NCBI RefSeq assembly: GCF_003018255.1
Contig: NZ_CP027440.1
Source: Escherichia coli
Lineage (GTDB): Bacteria; Pseudomonadota; Gammaproteobacteria; Enterobacterales; Enterobacteriaceae
DNA length: 64,000 nucleotides
Reading direction: 5' to 3' (one strand)
In this document: positions 22,410 through 34,155 of the stretch, one piece after another
Layout: every line of letters begins with the position of its first letter
How positions within the stretch are numbered: position 1 is the first letter of the stretch
The notes under the pieces: generated by a model
Told to the model about the DNA's origin: nothing
The model's input: the letters and a program-made list of their open reading frames with translations, nothing else
The model's database searches: none
Position numbers and translations under genes: made by a program

Positions 22410-23078
22410 ATGGAAATTAACGAAAAATTACTGCGTCAGATTATCGAAGACGTGCTGGCAGAAATGCAAACCAGCGACAAGCCCGTTTCATTTCGCGCAC
22501 CTGTCTCTGCAACTGCCTCTTCCGCGCCAGATACCGGAAATTTTCTGACCGAAATTGGCGAAGCCCAACAAGGCACTCAGCAAGATGAAGTCATTATTGC
22601 TGTAGGCCCGGCGTTCGGCCTGGCGCAAACCGTCAATATCATCGGTATTCCGCATAAAAACATTTTGCGCGAAGTGATTGCCGGTATCGAAGAAGAAGGC
22701 ATTAAAGCCCGTGTGATTCGCTGCTTTAAATCGTCCGATGTCGCATTCGTAGCAGTCGAAGGCGATCGTCTTAGTGGTTCAGGTATTGCTATCGGTATTC
22801 AGTCGAAAGGCACAACGGTTATCCACCAGCAGGGACTTCCTCCCTTGTCTAACCTGGAACTTTTCCCACAAGCGCCTTTGTTGACGCTGGATACTTATCG
22901 TCAGATTGGCAAAAACGCCGCGCGTTATGCGAAGCGCGAGTCTCCACAACCGGTGCCGACCCTCAACGATCAAATGGCGCGGCCGAAATACCAGGCCAAA
23001 TCTGCCATTTTGCATATTAAAGAGACGAAGTACGTGGTCACTGGCAAAAAACCGCAAGAACTGCGCGTGACGTTTTAA
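22410..23078 (+). CDS. pduD: Propanediol dehydratase medium subunit
   Basis: 222 aa; position after pduC. Confidence 0.9.
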   Translation: MEINEKLLRQIIEDVLAEMQTSDKPVSFRAPVSATASSAPDTGNFLTEIGEAQQGTQQDEVIIAVGPAFGLAQTVNIIGIPHKNILREVIAGIEEEGIKARVIRCFKSSDVAFVAVEGDRLSGSGIAIGIQSKGTTVIHQQGLPPLSNLELFPQAPLLTLDTYRQIGKNAARYAKRESPQPVPTLNDQMARPKYQAKSAILHIKETKYVVTGKKPQELRVTF

Positions 23079-23092
23079 CAAAGGAAACCTTC

Positions 23093-23611
23093 ATGAATAC
23101 CGATGCAATTGAGTCGATGGTCAGGGACGTGTTGAACCGCATGAACAGTTTACAGGATGCAGCTCCTGTTTCTGCGGTCCCCAGCGAGTCAATACAGAGC
23201 GCCAAAGTGACGGATTACCCGCTGGCAAATAAACATCCGGAATGGGTTAAAACAGCAACCAATAAAACGCTCGACGATTTCACTCTGGAAAATGTGCTCA
23301 GCGATAACGTCACCGCCCAGGATATGCGCATTACCCCTGAAACATTGCGTATTCAGGCTGCGATTGCCAGAGATGCTGGTCGCGATCGCCTGGCGATGAA
23401 TTTTGAACGCGCCGCTGAGCTTACCTCAGTACCGGATGATCGCATCCTCGAAATCTACAATGCGTTACGCCCTTATCGTTCGACTAAGCAAGAGCTTATT
23501 GCCATTGCTGACGATCTTGAACGGCGTTATCAGGCCAAAATTTGTGCTGCATTTGTCCGTGAAGCTGCGGAACTTTATGTCGAGCGCAAAAAACTGAAAG
23601 GCGACGATTAA
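23093..23611 (+). CDS. pduE: Propanediol dehydratase small subunit
   Basis: 172 aa; position and size. Confidence 0.9.
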   Translation: MNTDAIESMVRDVLNRMNSLQDAAPVSAVPSESIQSAKVTDYPLANKHPEWVKTATNKTLDDFTLENVLSDNVTAQDMRITPETLRIQAAIARDAGRDRLAMNFERAAELTSVPDDRILEIYNALRPYRSTKQELIAIADDLERRYQAKICAAFVREAAELYVERKKLKGDD

Positions 23612-23620
23612 GGACGAACT

Positions 23621-25453
23621 ATGCGATATATAGCAGGCATTGATATCGGCAACTCATCAACAGAGATTGCGCTGGCAACGCTCAGTGCAACTGGAGAGTT
23701 GTCGTTCTTGAGTAGCGCCCTGGCGGAAACCACCGGAATTAAAGGTACGTTGCGTAACGTCCATGGTATTCAGGAGGCGCTCGCACAGGCAACGAAAAAA
23801 GTCGGCATCAATGTTAGCGATATTTCGCTTATTCGTATCAACGAAGCAACTCCGGTCATTGGTGATGTGGCGATGGAAACCATCACTGAAACCATCATCA
23901 CCGAATCAACCATGATCGGTCACAACCCGAAAACTCCGGGCGGAGTTGGGCTGGGCGTAGGGCTCACCATCACTCCGCAAGAGTTATTAACACGCCCGGC
24001 GGACACACCTTACATCCTGGTGGTGTCATCGGCATTTGATTTTGCCGATATCGCAACGATGATAAACGCCTCCGTACGAGCCGGATATCAGCTGACTGGC
24101 GTTATTCTGCAACGCGACGATGGCGTACTGGTCAATAACCGCCTGGAAATTCCTCTCCCTATTGTGGATGAAGTCCTCTACATCGATCGTATTCCGCTCG
24201 GCATGCTGGCTGCAATTGAAGTTGCCGTTCCCGGGAAAGTTATCGAAACCCTGTCTAACCCGTATGGGATTGCCACCGTTTTCGCCCTCAATGCTGAAGA
24301 GACTAAAAATATTGTTCCTGTCGCGCGGGCGCTAATCGGCAACCGTTCAGCAGTGGTAGTGAAAACGCCTTCTGGCGACGTTAAAGCCCGTTCGATACCC
24401 GCCGGAAATATCGAACTGCTTTCTGCCGGGCGCACAACGCGGGTTGATGTAGCTGCTGGTGCCGATGCCATTATGAAAGCGGTCGGTGAGTGCCCAAAAC
24501 TGGAAAACGTGACGGGAGAACCTGGCTCCAACATCGGCGGAATGCTGGAACATGTTCGCCAGACCATGGCTGAACTGACCAACAAACCCAGCAACGAAAT
24601 TTTTATTCAGGATTTGCTGGCGATAGATACCTCTGTCCCCGTCAACGTAACCGGTGGTCTGGCAGGTGAATTTTCACTGGAACAGGCTGTGGGTATTGCC
24701 TCTATGGTGAAATCCGACCGTCTGCAAATGGCGATGATCGCCAGTGAAATTAAGCAAAAACTGCATGTTGATGTTCAGGTCGGAGGCGCAGAAGCAGAAG
24801 CCGCCATTCAGGGGGCCTTGACTACCCCTGGAACCACACGTCCACTGGCAATTCTGGACTTAGGTGCAGGCTCTACCGATGCCTCCATCATCAATCAGAA
24901 AGGGGAAATAGTTGCCACTCACCTTGCGGGAGCGGGCGACATGGTAACGATGATTATCGCTCGTGAGCTGGGCTTAAATGATCGTTATCTCGCAGAAGAA
25001 ATCAAAAAGTACCCGTTGGCAAAAGTAGAAAGCCTGTTCCACTTACGCCATGAAGATGGCAGCGTTCAGTTCTTCCCTACTCCGCTGTCCCCTCATGTAT
25101 TTGCCCGCGTTTGTGTGGTGAAACCTGACGAACTGGTGCCTATTCTCGGTGATTTGACGCTGGAAAAAGTACGTGCTGTCCGTCGTAGTGCGAAAGAGCG
25201 TGTCTTCGTAACTAATGCCCTGCGCGCGCTACGTCAGGTAAGCCCTGCCGGAAATATTCGCGACATTCCGTTCGTCGTTCTGGTGGGTGGTTCTTCGCTG
25301 GATTTCGAAGTACCGCAATTGGTCACCGACGCGCTGGCACATTATCGACTGGTCGCCGGGCGGGGGAATATCCGTGGTAGCGAAGGTCCGCGCAATGCGG
25401 TAGCTACTGGGCTCCTCATCGCCTGGCACAAGGGGGCGATTCATGGAAAGTAA
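23621..25453 (+). CDS. pduG: Diol dehydratase reactivase large subunit
   Basis: 610 aa, ATPase-like reactivase. Confidence 0.9.
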   Translation: MRYIAGIDIGNSSTEIALATLSATGELSFLSSALAETTGIKGTLRNVHGIQEALAQATKKVGINVSDISLIRINEATPVIGDVAMETITETIITESTMIGHNPKTPGGVGLGVGLTITPQELLTRPADTPYILVVSSAFDFADIATMINASVRAGYQLTGVILQRDDGVLVNNRLEIPLPIVDEVLYIDRIPLGMLAAIEVAVPGKVIETLSNPYGIATVFALNAEETKNIVPVARALIGNRSAVVVKTPSGDVKARSIPAGNIELLSAGRTTRVDVAAGADAIMKAVGECPKLENVTGEPGSNIGGMLEHVRQTMAELTNKPSNEIFIQDLLAIDTSVPVNVTGGLAGEFSLEQAVGIASMVKSDRLQMAMIASEIKQKLHVDVQVGGAEAEAAIQGALTTPGTTRPLAILDLGAGSTDASIINQKGEIVATHLAGAGDMVTMIIARELGLNDRYLAEEIKKYPLAKVESLFHLRHEDGSVQFFPTPLSPHVFARVCVVKPDELVPILGDLTLEKVRAVRRSAKERVFVTNALRALRQVSPAGNIRDIPFVVLVGGSSLDFEVPQLVTDALAHYRLVAGRGNIRGSEGPRNAVATGLLIAWHKGAIHGK

Positions 25454-25793
25454 AGAGCGTGCACCAGCCATCGTTGTCATGGAGATCGGTGACTGTATCA
25501 CTACATGGGATGAAGTGCTTCTTGGCATTGAAGAGGAAGGTATTCCCTTTCGCATTCAACACATTCCGTCAGGTGAAGTTATCGATAGCGCCCGGCTGGC
25601 TGCTCGTCAATCTCCCCTGTTGGTTGGCATTGCCTGCGACCAGGAAAAACTGATTGTGCATTACAAAAACTTACCGGCATCAGCGCCACTGTTTACGCTG
25701 ATGTATCAACAAGATAACCATGCCCGGCGCAGCATTGGCTCTAACGCTGCCCGCCTGGTAAAAGGGATTCCCTTCCGGGAACTCAACTCATAA
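25443..25793 (+). CDS. pduH: Diol dehydratase reactivase small subunit
   Basis: 116 aa; overlaps the pduG stop. Confidence 0.88.
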   Translation: MESKERAPAIVVMEIGDCITTWDEVLLGIEEEGIPFRIQHIPSGEVIDSARLAARQSPLLVGIACDQEKLIVHYKNLPASAPLFTLMYQQDNHARRSIGSNAARLVKGIPFRELNS

Positions 25794-25812
25794 TCCACAG
25801 GAGAAATGCAGT

Positions 25813-26088
25813 ATGAACAACGCACTAGGACTGGTTGAAACAAAAGGGTTAGTTGGCGCAATTGAAGCTGCAGATGCCATGGTTAAATCCGCCAACGTGC
25901 AACTGGTTGGCTATGAAAAGATTGGTTCGGGTCTGATTACGGTGATGGTCCGCGGTGATGTTGGTGCAGTAAAGGCCGCCGTTGATGCAGGAAGCGCTGC
26001 GGCAAGCGCAGTTGGCGAAGTGAAATCCTGCCATGTCATCCCGCGCCCACACAGTGATGTTGAGGCTATTTTACCTAAATCGGCATAA
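25813..26088 (+). CDS. pduJ: BMC shell protein PduJ
   Basis: 91-aa BMC-H protein, near-identical core to PduA. Confidence 0.92.
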   Translation: MNNALGLVETKGLVGAIEAADAMVKSANVQLVGYEKIGSGLITVMVRGDVGAVKAAVDAGSAAASAVGEVKSCHVIPRPHSDVEAILPKSA

Positions 26089-26111
26089 CCCCATTTGCTA
26101 AGGAGCACAGC

Positions 26112-26534
26112 GTGAAGCAATCACTGGGATTACTTGAAGTCAGTGGTCTGGCACTCGCCATCAGTTGCGCAGATGCTATGGCAAAAGCCGCGTCCATCAC
26201 GCTGGTTGGCCTTGAGAAGACCAATGGCTCAGGCTGGACGCTCATCAAAATCACCGGTGACGTCGCCTCGGTTAATGCGGCGATCGCGACGGGAGCCAGT
26301 TTCGCCGGACAGCGAAATGGCCTCGTCGCACACAAAGTGATTGCCCGTCCGGGAGACGGCATTCTGCCCCACACAACTGAAGCATTGACTGTGACGGTTG
26401 AAACAAGCGAAACACCAGCAACAACCGTCATCTCAGAGATTATCAGTTGTAATTTGTGTCTTGACCCGGCATGTCAGCGGCAAAAAGGTGAGCCCCGCTC
26501 ACTTTGCCTGCACGCCAATAAGCGAGGGGAGTAA
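26112..26534 (+). CDS. pduK: BMC shell protein PduK
   Basis: 140 aa, GTG start, BMC domain plus Cys-containing C-terminal tail. Confidence 0.85.
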   Translation: MKQSLGLLEVSGLALAISCADAMAKAASITLVGLEKTNGSGWTLIKITGDVASVNAAIATGASFAGQRNGLVAHKVIARPGDGILPHTTEALTVTVETSETPATTVISEIISCNLCLDPACQRQKGEPRSLCLHANKRGE

Positions 26535-26536
26535 CA

Positions 26537-27169
26537 GTGGATAAACAAACCTTGCAGGAAACAGTGAGCCAGATTCTGGATGAGATGCGCGAGCGCCCTA
26601 TCCCTCTGGGTGTTTCCAGTCGTCATATTCATCTTTCAACAGCGGATTATTTGCGTCTTTTTCCTGAACAACCGATTAGCGAGAAAAAGCCGTTAATGCA
26701 ACCTGGCCAATTCGCTGCTGAACAGGTTGTTACGCTGGAGGGACCAAAAGGCAAATTACACAACGTTCGCTTGTTGGGGCCGCTACGCAATGCAAGCCAG
26801 GTGGAAATTTCCCGGACGGACGCCAGAACGTTAGGGATCACCGCCCCGCTACGCATGTCAGGCGATCTCAGCGGCACTCCGGGGATTCGTTTGATAAGCC
26901 CATTTGCGGAACTGGAGATCACATCTGGCGTCATTGTCGCGCAACGGCATATTCATATGTCTCCGCTGGATGCCCTGATTTATGGCGTTACGCATGGCGA
27001 TAAAGTGGCGGTTGCCATTGAAGGTGATGAGCGAGGACTGATATTCGAAAACGTCACTGTTCGCGTCTCTCCGGATATGCGTCTTGAAATGCATATTGAT
27101 ACCGATGAAGCCAACGCCGCAGGGGCTGATAGCCCTGACGTTTTTGCCACACTGGTGTCAGTGACATGA
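26537..27169 (+). CDS. pduL: Phosphate propanoyltransferase
   Basis: 210 aa. Confidence 0.88.
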   Translation: MDKQTLQETVSQILDEMRERPIPLGVSSRHIHLSTADYLRLFPEQPISEKKPLMQPGQFAAEQVVTLEGPKGKLHNVRLLGPLRNASQVEISRTDARTLGITAPLRMSGDLSGTPGIRLISPFAELEITSGVIVAQRHIHMSPLDALIYGVTHGDKVAVAIEGDERGLIFENVTVRVSPDMRLEMHIDTDEANAAGADSPDVFATLVSVT

Positions 27170-27657
27170 ATAACATGCTGATGCAACGTATTGTTGACGA
27201 AGTGGTTTTTCGCCTTAAACAACGTGCGGGAAAAACACTCGTGCTGACTGTTTTTCAACTGCGAGACGCCAGCGTTCAAGAGAGCGTTCATCAGTATGCG
27301 TCATTACAAATCCGATATGTCGATCTGCCGCTGCTGCGACAACTTGCGGAGAACGAAACGTCAGATCGAGCAGCAATCCAGATACACGAAGCGTTAGCCT
27401 GGGGAATGCACATTCAATTGTCGTTGCAGCGTCATTTCCTGAACGCCATTGAATTGAAGACTCTCGCCCGTCTACCGCTAAGCTGGTGCGACGAACAAGG
27501 GCAACCGATCTACCTACATCATGATCGACTTTTAAGTTATGTCGATATCGCACAGTTAAGCTCGGGAATATTGGTGTTACAGCGGAAATGTTGTGTGACC
27601 GCACTGGCTCGTGAAGCGGCAATTACCCGAAATATTCAGTTAATCAGGCAGGAGTAA
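27166..27657 (+). CDS. pduM: Microcompartment protein PduM
   Basis: 163 aa; position. Confidence 0.85.
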   Translation: MNNMLMQRIVDEVVFRLKQRAGKTLVLTVFQLRDASVQESVHQYASLQIRYVDLPLLRQLAENETSDRAAIQIHEALAWGMHIQLSLQRHFLNAIELKTLARLPLSWCDEQGQPIYLHHDRLLSYVDIAQLSSGILVLQRKCCVTALAREAAITRNIQLIRQE

Positions 27658-27660
27658 CCT

Positions 27661-27936
27661 ATGCATCTGGCTCGAGTCACTGGCGCGGTAGTATCCACGC
27701 AAAAATCACCTTCTCTGATCGGGAAAAAACTGCTGCTGGTTCGCCAGGTCAGTGCTGACGGCGAACTGCCTCTCACGCCATTAACCGGCGACGAAGTTGC
27801 CGTTGATTCCGTCGGCGCAGGCGTTGGTGAGTTGGTACTCCTCAGCAGTGGTTCCAGCGCCAGACATGTGTTTTCCGGCCCTAACGAAGCCATCGACCTG
27901 GCAGTGGTCGGCATTGTCGATACGCTTTCGCGCTAA
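27661..27936 (+). CDS. pduN: BMC vertex (pentamer) protein PduN
   Basis: 91 aa, EutN/CcmL-type ([15 protein letters not shown]...). Confidence 0.9.
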   Translation: MHLARVTGAVVSTQKSPSLIGKKLLLVRQVSADGELPLTPLTGDEVAVDSVGAGVGELVLLSSGSSARHVFSGPNEAIDLAVVGIVDTLSR

Positions 27937-27947
27937 GGAGCTGAAAG

Positions 27948-28955
27948 ATGGCAATTTATACCCGAACAGGTGATTCAGGAAGTACGTCTTTATTTACCGG
28001 ACAGCGCGTCAGCAAAACTCATCTACGTGTCGAAACCTATGGCACGCTGGATGAACTGAACGCGACACTCAGTCTGTGTTATTGCGCCACCGCCATCGAA
28101 AGCCATCGCATCTTACTGGAAGCCATTCAACAACAGATATTTTGGTTTTGCGCCGAACTCGCCAGTGAAAGCGAACAGCCGTCAGCGCAGCAGCGTTACA
28201 TCGGTACGGAAGAAATTGCCGCGCTGGAAAACGCGATCGATAGCGCAATGAACGCCGCCCCCCCGGTTCACAGCTTCATTCTGCCTGGTCGATGTGAAGC
28301 TGCAAGCCGCATGCATTTCGCCCGCACGGTGGCTCGACGGGCTGAAAGACGTCTGGTTGAACTGACAACAGAAACCACCGTCCGGAATGTTTTGCTGCAC
28401 TATATCAACCGACTTTCCGATTGCCTGTATGCCCTCGCCCGCGTGGAAGACAACGTTGCTCATCAAAACCTGATGATTCAGGAAATCACAAAACGTTATC
28501 ACGAAGCCAACCACACACCAGCATTGAAGGAACGCACAATGCCGCTCACTTTTCAGGATCTTCACCAGCTCATTCGTAGTGCGGCAATGCGCGCAGATGA
28601 ACTGCATATTCCCGTTGTCATCAGCATTGTCGATGCCAACGGAACAGAAAGTGTTACCTGGCGGATGCCTGATGCCCTGTTGGTCAGCAGTGAACTGGCA
28701 CCGAAAAAAGCCTGGACCGCCGTGGCGATGAAAACGGCAACCCACAAACTTGCTGATACCGTGCAACCCGGCGCGCCGCTTTACGGGCTCGAAAGCCATA
28801 TGCAAGGCAAAGTCGTCACTTTTGGTGGCGGCTTCCCCCTCTGGCGTGACGGAAAATTGCTTGGCGGGCTTGGCATCAGCGGCGGTAGCGTTGAACAAGA
28901 CATGGATATTGCCCAAAGCGCAATGGCGGCAATTAACGTGGGAGTAAACCAATGA
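27948..28955 (+). CDS. pduO: Corrinoid adenosyltransferase PduO
   Basis: 335 aa; PduO-type ATP:cob(I)alamin adenosyltransferase N-domain. Confidence 0.9.
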   Translation: MAIYTRTGDSGSTSLFTGQRVSKTHLRVETYGTLDELNATLSLCYCATAIESHRILLEAIQQQIFWFCAELASESEQPSAQQRYIGTEEIAALENAIDSAMNAAPPVHSFILPGRCEAASRMHFARTVARRAERRLVELTTETTVRNVLLHYINRLSDCLYALARVEDNVAHQNLMIQEITKRYHEANHTPALKERTMPLTFQDLHQLIRSAAMRADELHIPVVISIVDANGTESVTWRMPDALLVSSELAPKKAWTAVAMKTATHKLADTVQPGAPLYGLESHMQGKVVTFGGGFPLWRDGKLLGGLGISGGSVEQDMDIAQSAMAAINVGVNQ

Positions 28956-30337
28956 ATAACTCTGAATTAGAAACACTGATCCGCAATATTCTGCGTGAGC
29001 AGCTTGTCCCCGCTACGCAACGAGCGCAAAGAAACGCTATTTTCCAGACTGTTGATGAAGCGGTCTGCGCAGCACACCAGGCCTTTTTACGCTTTCAACA
29101 GTGCCCGCTTAAAACCCGTAGCGCCATTATCAGCGCCATTCGCGAAGAATTAATGCCCCGCCTTACCGAACTGGCAGAAGAAAGCGCCAAAGAAACGGGG
29201 ATGGGAAATAAAGAAGATAAGTACCTAAAAAACAAAGCGGCACTCGATAACACGCCAGGAATTGAAGATTTAACCACCACTGCACTAACCGGTGATGGTG
29301 GCATGGTTTTGTTTGAATACTCCCCGTTTGGGGTGATTGGCTCGGTCACGCCAAGCACCAATCCCACGGAAACCATCATTAACAACAGCATCAGCATGCT
29401 GGCAGCAGGTAATAGCGTCTACTTCAGTCCACACCCGGGAGCCAAATACGTTTCGTTAAAACTGATTACCACAATCGAAGACATCGCGTTTCGCTGTAGT
29501 GGCATTCACAACCTGATCGTTACCGTATCTGAACCAACCTTTGCCGCAACCGAACAAATGATGGCGCACCCTAAAATCAGCGTTCTGGCGATTACCGGTG
29601 GCCCGGGGATCGTCGCCATGGGAATGAAAAGTGGCAAGAAAGTGATTGGTGCCGGTGCGGGTAACCCACCCTGCATTGTCGATGAAACGGCGGATATTGT
29701 GAAAGCCGCCGAAGATATCATCAACGGCGCTTCATTTGATTACAACCTGCCGTGTATCGCTGAAAAAAGCCTGATTGTCGTAGCATCAGTGGCAGAGTAT
29801 TTAATTCAGCAGATGCAAAGTTTTGGCGCGCTTCTTCTTAACTATGAGCAAACGGAGAAATTGCGTGCAATTTGCCTGCCAGACGGTAGCGCCAACAAAA
29901 AACTGGTTGGGAAAAGCCCATCAGCCTTGCTGGAAGCAGCGGGCCTCCCTTTGCCCGCAAAAGCGCCGCGCCTACTGATTGCTGTTGTTGACGCCGATGA
30001 TAGTTGGGTTACTTGTGAACAACTGATGCCAATGCTGCCCATTGTGAAGGTCAACGATTTTGACAGCGCTCTCGCCCTGGCGTTGAAAGTGGAAGACGGC
30101 TTGCACCACACGGCAATTATGCACTCGCAGAACGTCTCACGACTCAACCTTGCCGCGCGCGTTATGCAAACCTCAATCTTTGTCAAAAACGGCCCCTCCT
30201 GGGCGGGTATTGGCGTCGGCGGCGAAGGCTTTACGACCTTTACCATTGCAACACCGACTGGAGAGGGTACAACGTCAGCACGGACTTTTGCCCGCTCACG
30301 ACGCTGCGTGTTAACCAGCGGCTTTTCCATTCGCTAG
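28952..30337 (+). CDS. pduP: CoA-acylating propionaldehyde dehydrogenase
   Basis: 461-aa aldehyde dehydrogenase-family protein. Confidence 0.9.
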   Translation: MNNSELETLIRNILREQLVPATQRAQRNAIFQTVDEAVCAAHQAFLRFQQCPLKTRSAIISAIREELMPRLTELAEESAKETGMGNKEDKYLKNKAALDNTPGIEDLTTTALTGDGGMVLFEYSPFGVIGSVTPSTNPTETIINNSISMLAAGNSVYFSPHPGAKYVSLKLITTIEDIAFRCSGIHNLIVTVSEPTFAATEQMMAHPKISVLAITGGPGIVAMGMKSGKKVIGAGAGNPPCIVDETADIVKAAEDIINGASFDYNLPCIAEKSLIVVASVAEYLIQQMQSFGALLLNYEQTEKLRAICLPDGSANKKLVGKSPSALLEAAGLPLPAKAPRLLIAVVDADDSWVTCEQLMPMLPIVKVNDFDSALALALKVEDGLHHTAIMHSQNVSRLNLAARVMQTSIFVKNGPSWAGIGVGGEGFTTFTIATPTGEGTTSARTFARSRRCVLTSGFSIR

Positions 30338-30347
30338 AGAAACGGAA

Positions 30348-31460
30348 ATGAAAACTTTTTCACTGCAGACGCGTTTATACAGCGGAACGGGAAGTCTCAA
30401 CATACTGAACCGTTTCACGAATAGGCACATCTGGATTATTTGCGACGTCTTTCTGGCACACTCACCACTCATTGACACGTTGCATCAGGCGCTGCCCGAC
30501 AGTAATCGTCTCAGTATTTTTAGCGAAATAACGCCCGACCCAACTATCCAGACCGTGGTGAAAGGCATTGCGCAAATGCAGACTTTACGCCCGGATGTGG
30601 TTATCGGTTTTGGCGGCGGTTCTGCCCTGGACGCTGCAAAAGCGATTGTCTGGTTTGGTCGCCAGTGTGGCATTGAAATTGAAACCTGCGTAGCCATTCC
30701 TACCACCAGCGGTACCGGTTCCGAAGTGACCAGTGCTTGTGTCATCAGCGATCCTGAGAAAGGGATTAAATATCCCCTTTTCGATAATGCACTTTATCCG
30801 GATATCGCGATCCTTGATCCATCTTTGGTCGTCAGCGTGCCACCGGCGATAACGGCCAATACCGGGATGGATGTTTTAACCCATGCGCTTGAAGCTTATG
30901 TTTCTCCCCGCGCCAGCGACTTCACGGATGCACTGGTCGAAAAAGCCGTGCAAATTGTTTTTCAATACCTGCCCACTGCAGTGAAGAAAGGCGATTGTCT
31001 TTCCACCCGTGGCAAAATGCATAATGCATCGACGCTTGCAGGAATAGCCTTTAGCCAGGCCGGACTCGGTTTAAACCATGCACTTGCTCATCAACTCGGC
31101 GGACAGTTTCATCTGCCGCACGGCCTGGCGAATGCGCTCCTGCTCACGGCGGTAATCCGCTTTAATGCTGGCGATCCGCGCGCAGCCAAACGCTACGCCC
31201 GGCTGGCGAAAACGTGCCATTTATGCCCGGACAACGCCAATGACACCGCCAGCCTGAATGCACTTATTCAACATATTGAACAGCTTAAAACAACCTGTAC
31301 GCTGCCAACACTTGCCAATGCGCTGAAAGAAAAAAAAGCAGAATGGTCAATACGCATACCAGATATGGTTCAGGCAGCGCTGGCGGATGCAACGTTGCGT
31401 ACCAACCCGCGTGCGGCTGATGCCTCCGCGATTGCAGAACTGCTCGAGGAGTTGTTATGA
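30348..31460 (+). CDS. pduQ: 1-propanol dehydrogenase (iron-containing ADH)
   Basis: 370-aa Fe-ADH family protein. Confidence 0.9.
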   Translation: MKTFSLQTRLYSGTGSLNILNRFTNRHIWIICDVFLAHSPLIDTLHQALPDSNRLSIFSEITPDPTIQTVVKGIAQMQTLRPDVVIGFGGGSALDAAKAIVWFGRQCGIEIETCVAIPTTSGTGSEVTSACVISDPEKGIKYPLFDNALYPDIAILDPSLVVSVPPAITANTGMDVLTHALEAYVSPRASDFTDALVEKAVQIVFQYLPTAVKKGDCLSTRGKMHNASTLAGIAFSQAGLGLNHALAHQLGGQFHLPHGLANALLLTAVIRFNAGDPRAAKRYARLAKTCHLCPDNANDTASLNALIQHIEQLKTTCTLPTLANALKEKKAEWSIRIPDMVQAALADATLRTNPRAADASAIAELLEELL

Positions 31461-32800
31461 ACGTCGAGTTAACCTCCTGCGATGACCAGACCATCCGCGA
31501 GCGAGTACAAGCAGCAGGTGTCGTGGGTGCTGGCGGCGCAGGTTTTCCAACCCATATTAAGCTACAAGCGCGTGTTGACACGTTCCTGGTGAATGCGGCG
31601 GAATGCGAACCAATGTTGAAAGTGGATCAACAGTTAATGGTGCAGCAAGCCAGCCGCCTGCTTCGCGGTGTTCACTATGCTATGAAAGCCACCGGGGCCA
31701 GTAGCGGAATCATCGCGCTGAAAGAAAAATATCAACGGGCAATAAACGCACTCACACCCCTATTACCACCGGATATCCGCCTGCATATTTTGCCCGATGT
31801 TTACCCCGCAGGAGACGAAGTGCTGACCATCTGGATGGCAACTGGTCGCCGCGTCCCACCCGCGGCATTACCCGTTAGCGTCGGTGTGGTGGTCAATAAT
31901 GTTCAAACCGTACTTAATATTGCCAGAGCCGTCGAGCAACAGTATCCAGTGACGCGCCGCACACTCACTATTAATGGTGCAGTGGCGAAACCAATAACGG
32001 TAACCGTCCCCATCGGCATGTCTTTACGTGAAGTCCTGGCGCTGGCGGGCGGCGCAACAGTAGATGCGCCTGGTTTTATCAATGGCGGGCCGATGATGGG
32101 AAGTTTGATCACATCGCTCGACACCCCCGTCAGCAAAACCACTGGCGGCTTGCTGGTTTTACCCAACTCTCATTCACTGATCCAACTTCGAATGCAGAAT
32201 GACCGCAGCGTACTTACCGTCGCGAAAACTGTTTGTGAGCAATGCCGCTTGTGTACCGATCTCTGCCCACGTCATTTAGTCGGTCACGAACTGGCCCCCC
32301 ATTTATTAGTACGTGCGGTTAACTACCAACAGCTCGCTACGCCACAACTGTTACTGACGGCGCTCACCTGTTCGGAGTGCAACGTCTGCGCCAGCGTCGC
32401 CTGTCCGGTAGGAATTTCACCAATGCGCATAAACCGCCTGCTTAAGCAGGAATTACGCGCACAAAATCTCCGCTACGAAGGTGCCTTAAATCCTGCTGAT
32501 CCCATGGCAAATTATCGACTGATTCCCGTAAAACGGCTGGTAACCAGACTGGGCCTAATCCCGTGGTATCAGGATGCGCCATTGTCTGAACAGGTGCCTC
32601 AGACCGAAAAAGTGACGTTATTGTTACGCCAGCACATCGGTGCCAGCGCAATTGCGTGTGTACAAAAAGGCGATCGCGTCGTTCATGGGCAATGTGTAGG
32701 TCAAATTCCACACGGCACATTAGGTGCCCCGATTCATGCCAGTATTGATGGCATGGTCAGCGATGTGACAGAAAACGCAATTACGCTTGTGAGAGGTTAA
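31457..32800 (+). CDS. pduS: Cobalamin reductase PduS (Fe-S flavoprotein)
   Basis: 447 aa with two Cys clusters ([25 protein letters not shown]). Confidence 0.9.
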   Translation: MNVELTSCDDQTIRERVQAAGVVGAGGAGFPTHIKLQARVDTFLVNAAECEPMLKVDQQLMVQQASRLLRGVHYAMKATGASSGIIALKEKYQRAINALTPLLPPDIRLHILPDVYPAGDEVLTIWMATGRRVPPAALPVSVGVVVNNVQTVLNIARAVEQQYPVTRRTLTINGAVAKPITVTVPIGMSLREVLALAGGATVDAPGFINGGPMMGSLITSLDTPVSKTTGGLLVLPNSHSLIQLRMQNDRSVLTVAKTVCEQCRLCTDLCPRHLVGHELAPHLLVRAVNYQQLATPQLLLTALTCSECNVCASVACPVGISPMRINRLLKQELRAQNLRYEGALNPADPMANYRLIPVKRLVTRLGLIPWYQDAPLSEQVPQTEKVTLLLRQHIGASAIACVQKGDRVVHGQCVGQIPHGTLGAPIHASIDGMVSDVTENAITLVRG

Positions 32801-32802
32801 CC

Positions 32803-33357
32803 ATGTCGAAAGCGGTAGGTATTTTAGAACTTAGCAGTATCGCGAAAGGGATGGAAACCGGCGACGCCATGCTGAAAAGCGCCAACGTTGAGTTACTGGT
32901 CAGCAAAACGCTATGCCCCGGAAAATTTCTGCTGATGCTCGGTGGCGATGTGGGCGCGGTGCAACAGGCCATCAACAGCGGTGCTTCCGTTGCTGGTGAA
33001 ATGCTGGTCGACAGTCTTGTCCTGCCGAATATTCATCCCAGTCTCCTTTCTGCAATCAGCGGACTGAACCATGTTGAGCAGCACCGGGCTGTCGGCGTAG
33101 TCGAAACCTGGAGTGTCGCTGCCTGCATTGACGCTGCCGATTGTGCTGTCAAAGCTGCGAATGTCATTCTCGTTCGCGTACATATGGCTTTTGGCATTGG
33201 CGGAAAATGCTACATGGTGGTTGCTGGCGATATTTCAGATGTTAATAACGCGGTCTCTGTCGCCAGCGAGCGTGCGGGAGAAAAAGGTTTGTTGGTCTAT
33301 CGGTCGGTGATTGCCCGTCCACATGAAGCCATGTGGCGTCAGATGGTGGAGGGATAA
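32803..33357 (+). CDS. pduT: BMC shell protein PduT (tandem BMC)
   Basis: 184 aa. Confidence 0.9.
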   Translation: MSKAVGILELSSIAKGMETGDAMLKSANVELLVSKTLCPGKFLLMLGGDVGAVQQAINSGASVAGEMLVDSLVLPNIHPSLLSAISGLNHVEQHRAVGVVETWSVAACIDAADCAVKAANVILVRVHMAFGIGGKCYMVVAGDISDVNNAVSVASERAGEKGLLVYRSVIARPHEAMWRQMVEG

Positions 33358-33707
33358 TGACAACTCAGCACACAACTGAACGGATGATTCAGGAATATGT
33401 CCCTGGTAAGCAGGTCACGCTGGCACATGTCATCGCCAATCCAGGGAAGGATCTGTTTAAGAAATTGGGTTTACCAGACACCGTTTCTGCTATTGGCATT
33501 CTGACGATTACCCCCAGCGAAGCATCTATCATCGCATGCGATATCGCCACAAAATCAGGCGCTGTAGAGATCGGTTTTCTTGATCGTTTTACCGGTGCCG
33601 TAGTGCTGACTGGTGATGTTTCTGCTATTGAATATGCACTTAGCCAGGTTACCCGTACGCTGGGTGAAATGATGCGCTTTACCGCCTGCCCCATTACGCG
33701 GACCTGA
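33357..33707 (+). CDS. pduU: BMC shell protein PduU
   Basis: 116 aa from [18 protein letters not shown]; start overlaps the pduT stop (taATG). Confidence 0.88.
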   Translation: MTTQHTTERMIQEYVPGKQVTLAHVIANPGKDLFKKLGLPDTVSAIGILTITPSEASIIACDIATKSGAVEIGFLDRFTGAVVLTGDVSAIEYALSQVTRTLGEMMRFTACPITRT

Positions 33708-33711
33708 CGTT

Positions 33712-34155
33712 ATGCAACGTATGATGCTTATCGGCCCCAGCCAGTGCGGAAAAACGTCACTCACGCAATGTCTGCGTGGCGAAAATATCCATTATCAGAA
33801 AACGCAGGCAATCGTCTGGTCCCCGACCACCATTGATACACCAGGCGAATACCTCGAAAACCGCAGCCTTTACAGTGCATTGTTGGTCAGTGCCTGCGAA
33901 GCAGACATTATCGCACTGGTACTTAATGCGGACGCACCGTGGTCACCTTTTTCGCCAGGCTTTACCTCGTCAATGAATCGCCCGGTCATTGGAGTAGTAA
34001 CCAAAGCAGATTTAGCCAGTATGGAACAAATATCTTTGGTGAAATGTTGGTTACGGGAAGCTGGAGCGCACAACGTGTTAGTAACCAGTGCGGTTAATAA
34101 CAATGGAGTTACAGAACTTTTTGCCTTGCTGCATACAGAAGAAGGCTGTCGCTAA
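33712..34155 (+). CDS. pduV: Small GTPase-like protein PduV/EutP family
   Basis: 147 aa with P-loop [10 protein letters not shown]. Confidence 0.88.
   Translation: MQRMMLIGPSQCGKTSLTQCLRGENIHYQKTQAIVWSPTTIDTPGEYLENRSLYSALLVSACEADIIALVLNADAPWSPFSPGFTSSMNRPVIGVVTKADLASMEQISLVKCWLREAGAHNVLVTSAVNNNGVTELFALLHTEEGCR

Noticed and set aside
28182-28976. 264-aa minus-strand ORF
   Set aside because: Antisense to pduO; no independent start signals or recognisable domains.
29842-30330. 162-aa minus-strand ORF
   Set aside because: Antisense to pduP inside an intact operon.
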